This document shows, piece after piece, positions 25,641-38,925 of a DNA stretch of 64,000 nucleotides. The DNA is taken from NCBI GenBank assembly GCA_951406725.2, contig OX597836.1, positions 22,196,001 through 22,260,000 of the forward strand, written 5' to 3'. Within the stretch, counting starts at the first letter, position 1; the number at the start of each line of letters is the position of its first letter. Origin of the DNA: Octopus vulgaris (lineage: Eukaryota). The notes below the pieces were generated by a model that was given only the letters and a program-made list of their open reading frames with translations, was not told the origin of the DNA and did no database searches. A program made the translations under genes and the position numbers.

Positions 25641-28600
25641 GGTGCACTTTAACATTGTACCCAGCATCATGTGAGTGAGATACTAATGGTGAAGTGACAA
25701 ACAGGATTGATGGGTGATAGCTGATGATAAAAACTTCTGTTTCCCCAGACTTAGGACATACATCACTGTAACTGTGGCAATCGTCATAAAAGTAATCTAG
25801 AAGATATCTCTGTAAGTAGGCGCAGGAGTCGCTGTGTGGTAAGTAGCTTGCTTACCAACTGCATGGTTCCGGGTTCAGTTCCACTGCATGGCACCTTGGG
25901 TAAGTGTCTTCTATTATAGCCTCGGGCCGACCAAAACCTTGTGAGTTGATTTGGTAGAGGGAAACTGAAAGAAGCCCATCATATATATGTATATGTGTGT
26001 GTGTTTGTCCCCCCAACATCGCTTGACAACTGATGCTGGTGTGTTTACATCCCCGTAACTTAGCAGTTCGGTAAAAGAGACCGACAGAATAAGTACTCGG
26101 CTTACAAAGAATAAATCCTGGGGTTGATTTGCTAGACTAAAAAAAAGGCAGTGCTCCAGCATGGCCACAGTCAAATGACTGAAACAAGTAAAAGAGTAAG
26201 TGTTGTATGATTACATTATGTAACAAAATTTTAATTTTTCTTTTGTCTTTGGTCAGTAAGTGTTAGTTCATATTTGCTCCTATCTAGAAATTAGAGGAAA
26301 GTACTACCATTCCCTTCAAACTTTGCTTTTGTCACTTGGACATCAATGTTTTGAAACTGACCTATTTTCCAATACATTTCACACAGATTCAGCGGTCAGT
26401 TGCTGAAGCAGAAATATTATAGTGAATATTCTGCTCAATACCACAGATTTGCTTGTCACTTGCTTGACCGTAACCCCTCTCTCTCTTTCGGAGAGGCACT
26501 GAGCAGCTATACGCATACATACACACACGGCAGTAACTTCCACCTACCTAATTCAATCACAAAGCTCTGGTCGGCTCGGGGCTATAGTGAAAGACACCTA
26601 CCCAAAGTGCCACGCAGTGGGACTGAACCCGAAACCATGTAGTTAAGAAGCAAGCTCCCTAATCACACAGCCATGCCCGCGCCTACTTGAGCATATCCCT
26701 TAGTGGCTGACAATATGTGCATCTGAGCCTCATAGCCATGTGTTGAGAGGGATTCTTTGAGGTTTGAATAGATGTGACAAAAGCAAAGTTTGAAGGAAAT
26801 AAATATTAGCCATTTTCCATACTTTCGCAGGGGTAAGCGAATAGGAAATAACAGTTGCTACACAAGGACAAAAATCTTGTTACAGTGTTATAGACTTAGC
26901 TGAATAACACTGACAGACCATAGTGTCTCACTTAAAGAAGGTCAAGTTGGAATAGACAAATTACAAAAGAAAGAAAAAAACAACAACCCAACTATGAAAA
27001 AATATTTCAGCAAATATAAAGAATATTGAAATAGAAAATATAGATGATTAGGAATATTGATGCAAGAGCGGTCCCTATAATTATTGTATCATTGGAAGTA
27101 GAAGTTGTAGTGATGAATGATATAGAGAAGAACATCAAAGAACAGCCAATTATAACTTCTGTTTGAATATAGTGGCGGCACTCCTAAAAAGGGTGGCCAC
27201 CATATTTTATAAAACGACATCATTAAGACGAAAACCACAAACTTGCTTTACTATGCAGTAACGGAATTGCATTGACGGAGTACACATGTACCCATGTACA
27301 GGACATGATGTTTATGATGATGATGATAACAATCCTTTCTGCTACAGGCACAAGGCCTGAAATTTGGCAGAGGGGTTAGTTGATTATATCGACTCCAGTG
27401 CTCAGCTGGTACCTAATTTATTGATCCCAAAGGGACGGAAAGCAAAGTTGACCTCAGTAGCATTTGAACTTAGAATGTAAAGTAGCTGGAAGAAATGCAA
27501 TTTTATTCAACACATTCTGCCAGCTCAACACTCTAACAATAATTCTTCCTAATTTTGGCACAAGGCCAGTATTTATTGAAGAGAGGGGGGACAAGCTGAT
27601 TACATCAACCCTAGTATTTGACTGGTATATGCTTTATTTTATCATCATCATCATCTTTTAACGTCTGTTTTCCGTGCTAGCACGGGTTGGATGGTTCGAC
27701 CGGGGTCTGGGAAGCCAGAAGGCTGCACCAGGCACCAGTCTAATCTGGCAGCGTTTCTACAGCTTGATGCCCTTCCTAACGCCAACCACTCCAAGAGTGT
27801 AGTGGGTGCTTTTTACATGCCAGGCGAGGCTGGCAACGGCCACAATCGGATTGGTGCTTTTTACGTGCCACCGGCGCTGGCATCGGCTACGTTCGGATGG
27901 TGCTTTCTACGTGCCACTGGCACAGGTGCAGGGGAGGCTGGCAGCATCCACGATTGGTTGGTGCTTTTTACATGCAACCAGCACAGGTATCACAACTACA
28001 ATTTCCATTTGATATTTGATATCAACTCCGGATAATAATTACAGTTAACCTCAGCAGGATTTTAAGTCAGAACATAAAGAACCAAAACAAGTACCAGCCT
28101 ATAAGCATAGGAGTGGCTGTGTGATAAGTAGCTTGCTTACCAACCACATGGTTCCAGGTTCAGTCCCACTGCGTGGCACCTTGGGTAAGTGTCTTCTGCT
28201 ATTGCCTCAGGCCGACCAAGGCTTTGTGAGTGGATTAGGTAGATGGAAACTGAAAGAAGCCCGTTGTATATATATATATGTGTGTGTGTTTGGGTTTGTC
28301 CCCCCCAACATCACTTGACAACCGATGCTGGTGTGTTTACGTCCCTGTAACTTAGCGGTTCGGCAAAAGAGACCGATAGAATAAGTACTAGGCTTACAAA
28401 GAATAAGTCCTGGAGTTGATTTGCTAGACTAAAAAAAAGGCAGTGCTCCAGCATGGCCACAGTTACATGACTGAAACAAGTAAAAGAGATACTGTAATGA
28501 TTTTGACAATCCAGTAATAAAAATAATAATCCTTTGTACTAAAGGCACAAGGCCTGAAATTTAGAGGAAGGGTGAGTTGATTACATCGACCCCATTGCTC

Positions 28601-30393
28601 AACTGGTACCTATTTTTATTGACTCCAAAAGAATGAAAGGCAAAGTCGACTCAGTGGAACTAAAATCCAGAATGTAAAGAAAGGGTTTATAAGTGTAGGA
28701 GTGGCTGTGTGGTAAGTAACCACATGGTTCCGGGTTCAGTCCCACTGTGTGGCACCTTGGCCAAGTGTCTTCTACTATAGCCTTGGGCTGATCAAAGCCT
28801 TGTGAGTGGATTTGGTAGACGGAAACTGAAAGAAGCACATCGTATATATGTATATGTGTGAGAGTGTGTGTGTGTGTATGTTTGTGTGTCTGTGTTTGTC
28901 CTCCCAACATCACTTGACAACCGATTCTGGTGTGTTTACATCCCCATAACTTAGTGGTTCGGTAAAAGAGGCTGATAGAATAAGTACTAGGCATACAAAG
29001 AATAAGTCCTGGGGTTGATTTGCTCGTCTAAAGGCAGTGCTCCAGCATGGCCACAGTCAAATGACTGAAACAAGTAAAAAGAGTAAAGGATGCTAAGCAT
29101 TTTGCTTGGCATGCTAACATTTCAGCCAGATCACCATCTTAATAATAATAATAATAATCACCCTTTCTACTATAGGCACAAGGCCTGAAATTTGGGGGAG
29201 AGGGTATAGTCGATCACACCGATCCCAGTGTTCAACTGGTACTCAATTTATCAACCCTGAAAGGATGAAAGGCAAAGTTGACCTCGGTGGAATTTGAACT
29301 CAGAACATAAAAGCAGACGAAATATTGCTAAGTATTTCGTCCAGCATGCTAACAATTCTGCCAGCTTGCTGCCTTAATAATAACAATAATAATAATAGTT
29401 TCAATTTTTGGTACAAGGCCAGCACTTTTAACAGGAGGTCAATAGGTTACTATATTGACCTCAGTATTTAACTGGTACTTATTGAGATATAGTTTGAGGG
29501 AGATCTGGTTGCTTTTTCTTGCAGGTTGAGTGACTCTGTAGTGGTTCCCTTGTTGACTTATTAGGGACATGTTATGTCCCTAATAAGGACATATAAAAAC
29601 AAATGGCGATATTACAATGTTTATGATATCCACTCAACCACAAGATATGACTCATTTTGTTGTGCTTTGTGACAGAAAACAAGAATTATGTTGTTGGAAC
29701 TAAGATGTTTCTTGCAAAACAAAGCAAAAAGTGAATAAATAAACTGATAATATTCCCAAACAAGTGAACACAAATGGTGCAGACAGAAGGGATCCGGTTG
29801 GCAGTTGTGTGTTTGTCAACTTGTAAATCATGTCACACATTTGGGTTTACAGCAAAGATACATTGTTTCATAAATGGCCAAGACTACCTGGCTGGCAATG
29901 GGTGCCAAGGCAGGAAATTAGAAGAATTATTTCAATGTCAGACAGAATCTTAGAGCCCCTTGTAGCATTCCTTCTGGCTCTCTAAGCTGTAAGTTCAAAT
30001 CTTGCCAAGACCGATTTTTCCTTTAATCCTTTTGGGGTTGATAAATAAAGTGCCAGTCTCTCTCTCTCTCTCTCTAATTTGTGCCAGTTCAAAAGGTGTA
30101 GTCTTCCCACATTATATTACAGAGATGCTGCATGAGAATTGCATAAACTTCCACTCATACCTGTGGAATCTCCAGTCACTTACATGTGGATTTCCCCAAG
30201 TAGGAATTTAATCAGAGGGACAACTGATATTGATGGAGAATTCAGTAAAAGAGTACCAGGGTGGAGGAACAACATGCTGTTGTTAAACTTGTAGTACTAA
30301 TGAGTATTTTATTAGTTTGTAGTACTAACAAGTTTTTATTAGAAATATTGAATTTCTAAATGTCTCAGAGAGACACGAGCGGTGGTGGGGCGA

Positions 30394-30440
30394 TATAGTG
30401 GTTGATGATGGGCAAGACCCAGAAACATGCATGTCTTCAG
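30394..30440 (+). ncRNA. Hammerhead-ribozyme-like motif (variant core UUGAUGA)
   Basis: TTGATGA 30402-30408, stem II tggg/ccca, GAAA 30422-30425, palindromic stem III ACATGCATGT, GUC triplet; stem I is weak. Confidence 0.45.
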
Positions 30441-31104
30441 GTGCTAATTCTAGCTGGCGGGGGTGCTTGCCTCCCCTTTGCAAATATAAGTATACAGGAA
30501 ATGTGTCAAAGCCGACGGGAAGCGTCGATGCTTCCTAGGGCTAAATAGCGGTGGTGTGATCCCCTTTAGGGGACTGTCACATTGAGTTGACAGTATACAA
30601 CCACTATAACAAGTATTTTATTAACTTGTAATAATGAGTATTTTGTTAATTTGCAGTACTCGAAATCTAAAGGAGCCAATCAACTGCCTCTGTTGGCCAT
30701 TTTTGTTACCATATTTCTGTTGTAATACTCTGCCATTGATTCAATTAATTTTGAAAATAATGAGAATTTGGTAAAATAACTTTGTTGTTATTATTATTAT
30801 TATTATTATTAAGCTTGTATCTGGAATATAAATGAGCAAGAAGTTTTGATGGAAGAAAGTCTTAGCTTAGATCACTTTAAAGCAAGAACAGGGGACAGCC
30901 TCTGGTGGATTTCTTGCAAGTTTGGCACCCAAAGAGTTAATAACAATAACATTTATTTCTAATATTACATAATTATTAAAGGCTGGCAGAAGAAATTAAC
31001 ATACCCACTCCCTTGAAATTGCTGGTCTTGTACCAAAATTTGAAACCATTATTATTATTATTATTATTATTTTAAAAGGATTGACACAACTCTTCACAAA
31101 GATA

Positions 31105-31638
31105 AATAGACTATACGAAGAGCATGATGTGATTTCAGTAGAAGTTTTATTGGTTGAACGATATTTCAACAGTCAGCCTATCTTTGTTGAGTTCAAAATG
31201 CAAAGTTATACATAGAAATTCAAATCCAAAATTTGAATGAGGGCAACCAGCGTTCCCACATTGATGGAATGACATCATCAGTCTTCAATTTTCAAGTGGC
31301 AAGAAGAAAAAGAAAGAAAGAAAATGAGAAAAAGGTAAAAGAAAAGGAAAAAGAAGAATATTTAAACAGTTTTGTGTAAATATTTATACAAAACTGTTTG
31401 ATGAAATATTTTTCTTTTTCCATTTCTTATTCTTTCTTTTTCTTTTTGCCAGTTGTAAACTTGAAAATTGAAGACTAATGTCATTCCATCAATGTGGGAA
31501 TGCTGGTTGCCCTCATTCAAATTTTGGATTTGAATTTTTATGAATCACTTTTCATTTTGAATTCAACAAGGACAAGCTGTTGAAGTATCATTCAACCAAT
31601 AAAATATGCATTGCAATCGCATTGTGCTCAATGTATTG

Positions 31639-31645
<7 letters not shown>
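31105..31645. repeat. Long foldback inverted repeat (~270-bp arms, no spacer), probably a palindromic non-autonomous DNA transposon
   Basis: Centre aaat|attt at 31381/31382; e.g. aaattcaaatccaaaatttgaatgagggcaaccagc is mirrored by gctggttgccctcattcaaattttggatttgaattt. Confidence 0.9.
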
Positions 31646-31673
<28 letters not shown>

Positions 31674-32666
31674 CATCATCATTATTATTATTAAGGCAGT
31701 GAATGGGCAGAATTGTTAGCATACAAGGCAAAATGCTTAGTGGTATTTCATTTGTCATTATGGTCTGAGTTCAAATTCCACCGAGGTTGACTTAGCCCTT
31801 CACCCTTCTGGGGTTGATAAAATAAGGACCAGTCAAGTATTTGGGTGGATGTAATCAACATACTCCCTTTCCCAAAAATGCTAACCTGGGGCTAAAATTT
31901 GAAACCAATGTTACATAATTATTATAATGATTATTGCTAACATCAGCACAAGGCCACACATTTTGTAGATCATAATCAATCAAGATAGACCCAAGTATTT
32001 AACTGGTAGTTTTATTTTCCATTTGAAGGGAAAATAGCAAATTTGACCTCAGCGAGAATGGAGGTCAGAAATCAGAAGACATGATTAAATTAAATTCTCT
32101 GAGAAGCACCAAGTTCACTACTCTGATAATCCACTACCTCTGTAATCCTCATAAAAGATTGCTTTTTTTTTTTTTTTTTTCAGAACTAAATTTTCTAAAA
32201 AAAATATACAGCAGCAGATTATGTCTCAATATATTACTGGTACTTCAACATGAATTTTTGAAATCAAGCAATCAAAAAATTAGATGAAATTTGAACTCAG
32301 CACAATGAGATAGCCAGCTGTGGCATCAAGAGCACACTGTATTCAATAAGCATGTGGATGTACTTTGTTACAAATAACAATATAAATTTCTATTAATTAG
32401 CAATCAAGTTAATTGGAAAAATGCAATTTTTTTTCCTTTTTAATTTTTTTTAATTGCTGAGTCCACAGGAAGGAGTAGAGCCCCATTGCTTTTGCAGTCC
32501 CTTTGGGATCTGGTGAGAGGTTGGTGCCATTAATGTTCCCTTTAAATTGTTGCAAGGGCAATACTAGCTTCAATGACATGAGTAAGGAGATTTTTTGGTG
32601 TGTGTATATGTGTGTGGACATGCATATATAAAGCTCTGACTGTATACTCAATGTTAAAGTGTTTAA

Positions 32667-32886
32667 CCCTTTAGTATTCAGATTAATTTAGCACACATAA
32701 TGCTTGTGTATCCACATTTTAAAAAATTAATCATGTATTATCTCTTAGCCTTGAGAGTTTGATGATGTGGTTGTTCATTTTTAGAATGGCACTGTAGAAG
32801 AGGTGTGAGAGGCTGGATCTGGCTAGTTTCATCATCAAACTGGTAGAATATATGGGCTGGATACGGTCAATTTAAATGCTAAAGGG
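32667..32886. mobile_element. TTAA-flanked piggyBac-type MITE, second family; related SINE-interrupted copy ends at ~7807
   Basis: TTAA|CCCTTTAGtATT ... AATGCTAAAGGG|TTAA. Confidence 0.75.
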
Positions 32887-34508
32887 TTAAATGTATACAT
32901 ATTATTTATCTGTTGTTTTGGTCATTGGACTGCAGCCATGCTGGAGCACTTGGTTTTAATTAAACTAGCCAGCCCAAGAACTGATATTTTTGCTTTTTTA
33001 AGTCTGGTACCAATGCTGGTTGCAAAACAGTTGGAATAGGGAACATTAACACACACATATACATGATAGGCTTCCGTACAGTCTCCATCTACCAAATCCA
33101 CAAGACACTGGTAGAAGACACTCCCCCAAGGTGCCACATAAGTAGGACTGAATAGAAGACCACATGATTGTAAAGCATGCCTGTTGATCCTTATAAACTG
33201 TATGTGATATTTTGTATGTGAATGTGTTGATGGATTATCCCCTCCCCCCTCCCACACACACTTGATGAATCTCATTCTATTAACTGATGATAATCTATGG
33301 AGAATAAAAACATTGACTCTGGTAACAAATTTTGAATCAAGATATTTTAAGACTTGGTTTTTAGCTACAAGAACAGATCTTATCAAAGACTGCTTTTGTT
33401 TCAAATCAAAAATCTACTGCAGTAATATTGATAAAATTGTTAATACTAAGGCTTTCATTTCTCCCCCTCAATGTCTTCACTCCTTTTCTCCACTGTTAAG
33501 AGAGTAAGAAAAAAATAGAAAAGAAAATCAATTGTATATAATTCCTAAAGCTTTTAGATGAATATAGATCAAGTAATGTAATGATTTCAAGTTATATTGT
33601 ACTGAAGAGCCCACAAGAAGGGCGAAATTGTATTATCAACAACTATTAAGACATCTAAAAAGAAAAACAAGAAGGATTATATTGAAACATTATTTAATAC
33701 ACTCTCTCATATGAATAAGAAAAAGACCTTTTATAATGACAATAATGAAGTTTTTTATAAAACCTGAAGCAGCTCTCCCCCTTTAAAGGGCATCTACATC
33801 CTCTTTTCTATCCCCAAGTAAACTCTCTTTCTCCCCGTCTCACCCCATAAGCAACTGCAGGTGGCAGTAGCAACAGTCCCCATTCAAAATTTCCCATAAT
33901 ACTGTTTCAGATTTTGGCACAAAGTCAATCATTTTAGTGGGAGAAGACAAGTTAATTACAATGTAATTAACTTGACTCCAGTACTTGATTGGTACTTTAT
34001 GTTATCGATCCTGAAAGGATGAAAGGTAAAATCAAGCCTGACAGAATTTGAACTCAGAATGTAAAGAATGAGGAGAAATTTCAAAAAGTATTTTTTCCCA
34101 CTTTCATAATAATAATAATGATTTCAAATTTTGGCACAAGGGGAGGGGGTAAGTTGATGACATCAACCCCAGTGTTTGACAAGTGCTTATTTTATCAACC
34201 CCAAAAGGATCAAAATTAACTTTGGTGGAATTTGAACTCAGAACACAAAGACAAACGAAATAGTGCTAAGCATTTTGCCCAGTGTGCTAATGATTCTACC
34301 AGCTCGCTGTCTTAATAATAATAATAGTAACAATAACAAATGGCAATATTACAAAATATAATCATATTCACTCTGGATAGAAAATTTTTATAGATATGGC
34401 ACAGTCACATTTAGAAGTTATAAATAAAAGCTTGGTGCCATGAAAAAGTGAAAGGAAAAACTTAGGCACATATCAATGTGTATACATACATACATATGTA
34501 TGTATGTA

Positions 34509-34556
<48 letters not shown>

Positions 34557-36134
34557 CCATATTTTTATTGCTTTTTCTTTTGTCTTGCTCGATTACGTTT
34601 TGGTTGTTTTGCTAAATTTTTCTTGACAACATTTCTTAGTGGTAAGACCATAGCGGATCTATTTCTAGCATAAGGGTGTCCACATAGCGGTTTCCCTCTA
34701 ACATGTGTATATATATATATATATATAATTATAGTAATAAGGGCTTTTTGCAACAAGTTGCTTAAACCACAATACTACTAGGTGAAATTTATTGATTTTA
34801 TTAAATTAATTATATATATAGATAGATAGGTAATATATCTATATAGATATCTATATCTATTTATATATATATATATGCTCATGGAGCATACACACACTCA
34901 TATATACCCATAGACATACATATATAAAATGTGTGCATATATCAATAGGTTATAGTATATATATATATATTACAGATATGACATTATATGTCAGTGTATT
35001 GACCAGACTATCAGATGTTGCTATACACTGCTTATTACAATATGGTAACTTATCAATGTAGCTTTCCAAATGAGGCCACCCCACTAGCTAGGCAAGCAGG
35101 CCGAAATTTTCCGTGGTCCCCTTCAATGGACATCACAGGCTTACTCATTTACAGTTGAGTAAACTGAAGTGTTTTACTCAACAACTGAATGCACTGCATG
35201 AGCTTGTGATCCAGAGCACAGTACCCTAACCCCTACATCACACACCATTTTCTTTTATGCTCAACTTATTGTTCTGAGAGTGAATTTGATCTGGCACCCT
35301 ATTATGACCTCCCTCTTATCTCCTTCAGCCATGTGTCTCCCCTATATATTTCTTTACTGCCCACAAGGGGCTAAACACAGAGGGGAAAAACAAGGACAGA
35401 CAAACGGATTAAGTCGATTATATCGACCCCAGTGCATAACTGGTACTTAATTTATCGACCCCGAAAAGATGAAAGGCAAAGTCGACCTCGGCGGAATTTG
35501 AACTGAGAACGTAACGGCAGACGAAATACGTCTACGCATTTCGCCCGGCGTGCTAACGTTTCTGCCAGCTCGCCACCTTGTATGTGTCTCCCCTATAGCA
35601 AGACACTTGTGCTTGACCCTTCATCATACTTTAACCTTTCAACACTTGACATAAAGCCCCCCATCTCCACTTTCTCTCCCCAAATATTTCTTTGTAGTGA
35701 GAGCTTTACTTCCTTTTCCTTCTCTTCTCTTTGATCTTTCCTGTCCCACAAGTTACATGGCTACCTCAATAGTACCAACTGACATGAAGAAGTACCCAGT
35801 ACACTCTGTAAAATGGTTGGCATTAGGAATGGCATCCAGCCACAGAAACCATGCCAAAGATGATACTAGAGCATGATGCAACCTTCCAGTTCCCTGTCAA
35901 ACTGTCCTACCCATGCCAGCATGGAAAGCAGAAGTTAAATGATGATGATAATGACATGTATGTATGTATGTATGTATGTATGTATGTATGTATGTATATA
36001 AAGCTTGTATGATACATATGTGCAACCATACACATGCACAAGCTTTAAATCTGTGAAACAAAAGGAGATCAAGTGATGTACAAAAGAAATGAGTAAAACA
36101 AAAGACAACAGTAACAATAATGGCAGTGAGCTGA

Positions 36135-36630
36135 GATATATATATACACACACACACAAACATATATATATATATATATATATACATATATATATGATAG
36201 ATAGATATATATACATATATGCACACACATACATACATACATACATATATATATATATGCACACACATACATACATACATATATATGTATGCACACACAT
36301 ACATACATACATATATATGTATGCACACACATACATACATATATATATATGCACACACATACATACATATATATATATGCACACACATACATACATATAT
36401 ATATATGCACACACATACATACATATATATACGCACACACATACATATATATATATGCATACACATACATACATATATATATATATGCACACACATACAT
36501 ACATATAAATATATGCACACACATACATACATATAAATATATGCACACACATACATACATATATATATATGCACACACATACATACATACATACATATAT
36601 ATTTATATATATATACACATACATATACAT
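36135..36630. repeat. Compound microsatellite/minisatellite, unit approximately (AT)n-GCACACACATACATAC
   Basis: About 14 units of 22-30 bp. Confidence 0.9.
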
Positions 36631-36674
36631 ACAAATCTAGATACTGCAGTGTTTTTAAAAAATCAAAGGGAAAG

Positions 36675-36715
<41 letters not shown>

Positions 36716-38499
36716 GAGAGAGAGAAAGAGAGAGAGAATTATGTTCATTTTTATACATGAAGAAAGAAAAGGACTCATTTTTTGAGACAGTTTAAACATT
36801 ATAAATCATAAAGTTTACATATAACATAACACTGAATATGTATGTCGTTTTTTTTTTTTTCATCATTTAGTAAGAGGAAAAAAAAAAAATAAAGAATTGA
36901 GAAAGACAGAAATGGTTAAAAAAGCCTGATCATGCACACAAATAGTCAGCCAATCAATATTGTATTTTAATTAAGGGTGTCTTTTTTTTTAATAACGCAA
37001 CAAGTGGCATGCGTAAGGAGCAGTGAGTTTTAGGAAACCGGAGGCCTTTTATTAAGAAATGTGAGAACGTAATTGCGACAGTTTGTGCATTTTATAGTAG
37101 GCATATGTAGTGTATGATATACATACATATGTATATATAATTTTTTGTGTGTGTGTATAAATTATGCATGTGTGTATAAGAAAGTGTTTTATAAGCCAAT
37201 AGGGAAAGAGAGCCCTACAGAGAAAATATTAGTGAATCAAGGACACACGGGGTGTAGTACTGAATCAAGGGAAGATTTGCTGTAAACCGTTTTCGATTTT
37301 TGATACCATGGGGGTGGTGAGTCTGAGGTAAAGGAAAAATTATAATATGATGATGATGATGATGGTGGTGGTGGTTGGTGGTGGAGGAATGATATTGATG
37401 AACATTACATTTTGAAACTAAATATATGTATACACATACATGTATTAGCATTTTATTGTATTATGTAAATTCACATTTACGGAAACGCGTGCATGTGTGC
37501 ACCTCTGTGTATACATATGGGCATGTGATGATATGTGTATGTGGATGTATAATTCTAAAAGAGCAGGGAAATATTTCAATTCTAATCTAGTTGCCGTTTT
37601 TTTTTTTTTTTTTTTTTTTTTTTACCTTTCTGAATTTATTAAAAAAAAAAAAATCCTCGTTAATGCAAAGATTTAAAAATTTAGGGTTTTGGTTAAGGTA
37701 GGCTGGAAGTAGTTTGAGGAAGGGGGCCGGTAAACAAGTTATATGAGTGGGAGAGGATCTGCTAAACATCTAAACATTCCTGTTGCGTAAACGTGCTGAG
37801 GAAGCGGGGAGGGGGCGTGAAGGCGGGAGATGATTTTTAAAAAATGAATATCTGTGGATTTTGTAATTTTTGAAGTTATTCGCCAGAATGAAAAACATGA
37901 AAATCTTTCATGATTCATGCTTTTGTTTTTCTTTGGTCTTTTAAATTTTTCCAAGATAAGAACCATGAGGAAGTTGACTGAAAAACAGCCTCAAAGACAT
38001 AATAATGATGTTGACGATGATGATGATGATGGTATTTTTGTTAATTTTTTTTACTTGATACTTATTGAAGAGAAGGCAGCGTTTTTAAGGTGATTATTTG
38101 ATGGTCATGCCTTTCCAGGGAAAGGTCGAGTTAACACCTTTTTCTTTTTTCTTTATTTTTTATTTTTTTATTTCACTTTCCTCACTCTCCGATATTTTTC
38201 ATCTTGTTGAATAATATCTCATGAATATTAAAGACAAAACAACAAAAATGAAGAATAATGAATAATATAATAATGAGTGATTGAAAACATTGAGTGACGA
38301 TAGATACAAGTGTAATAATAGAGAGAGAAAGAAGTGTGATAGTAACATGTATAGAGAAGGTGATATATATACACAGAAGGGTGTGAAGAGAGTGGTTTAT
38401 ACAGAGAAGAGTGTGTAGAGGGTGAAATATATATATAGAAGGGTGTGTAGTGAGTGATTATTTATATATATATATATAAATATAAAGGTATTACGAGAG

Positions 38500-38546
<47 letters not shown>

Positions 38547-38630
38547 AAGGCTGTGAGAGACTGATATATATATCAGAAAGAAGTGTACAGAACGATATAT
38601 ATACATATACATAGAAAGGTGTGTAGAGAG

Positions 38631-38925
38631 CAATATATACAAAGAAGGGTGTATAGAGAGCGATATTTACATAGAAGGGTGTGGAGAGAGCGATATATAA
38701 ATAGAAGGGTGTGTAGAGAATGATATACACATAGAAGGGTGTGGAGAGAGCGATATATACATAGAAAGGTGTGTAGAGAGCAATATACACATAGAAGGGT
38801 GTGTAGAGAGCGATATATACATAGAAGGGTGTGTAGAGAGCAATATACACATAGAAGGGTGTGTAGAGAGAAATATATACATAGAAGAGTGTGTAGAGAG
38901 GGATATATATACATAGAAGGGTGTG
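38631..38925. repeat. 30-bp minisatellite (nine exact-length units; degenerate units extend back to ~38340)
   Basis: Unit crATATAyACATAGAAGGGTGTGTAGAGAG at exact 30-bp spacing from 38631 to 38900. Confidence 0.95.

Noticed and set aside
30361-30401. Group I intron R/S-like words (TCAGAGAGAC..GATATAGT)
   Set aside because: No P7 pairing and no P/Q elements.
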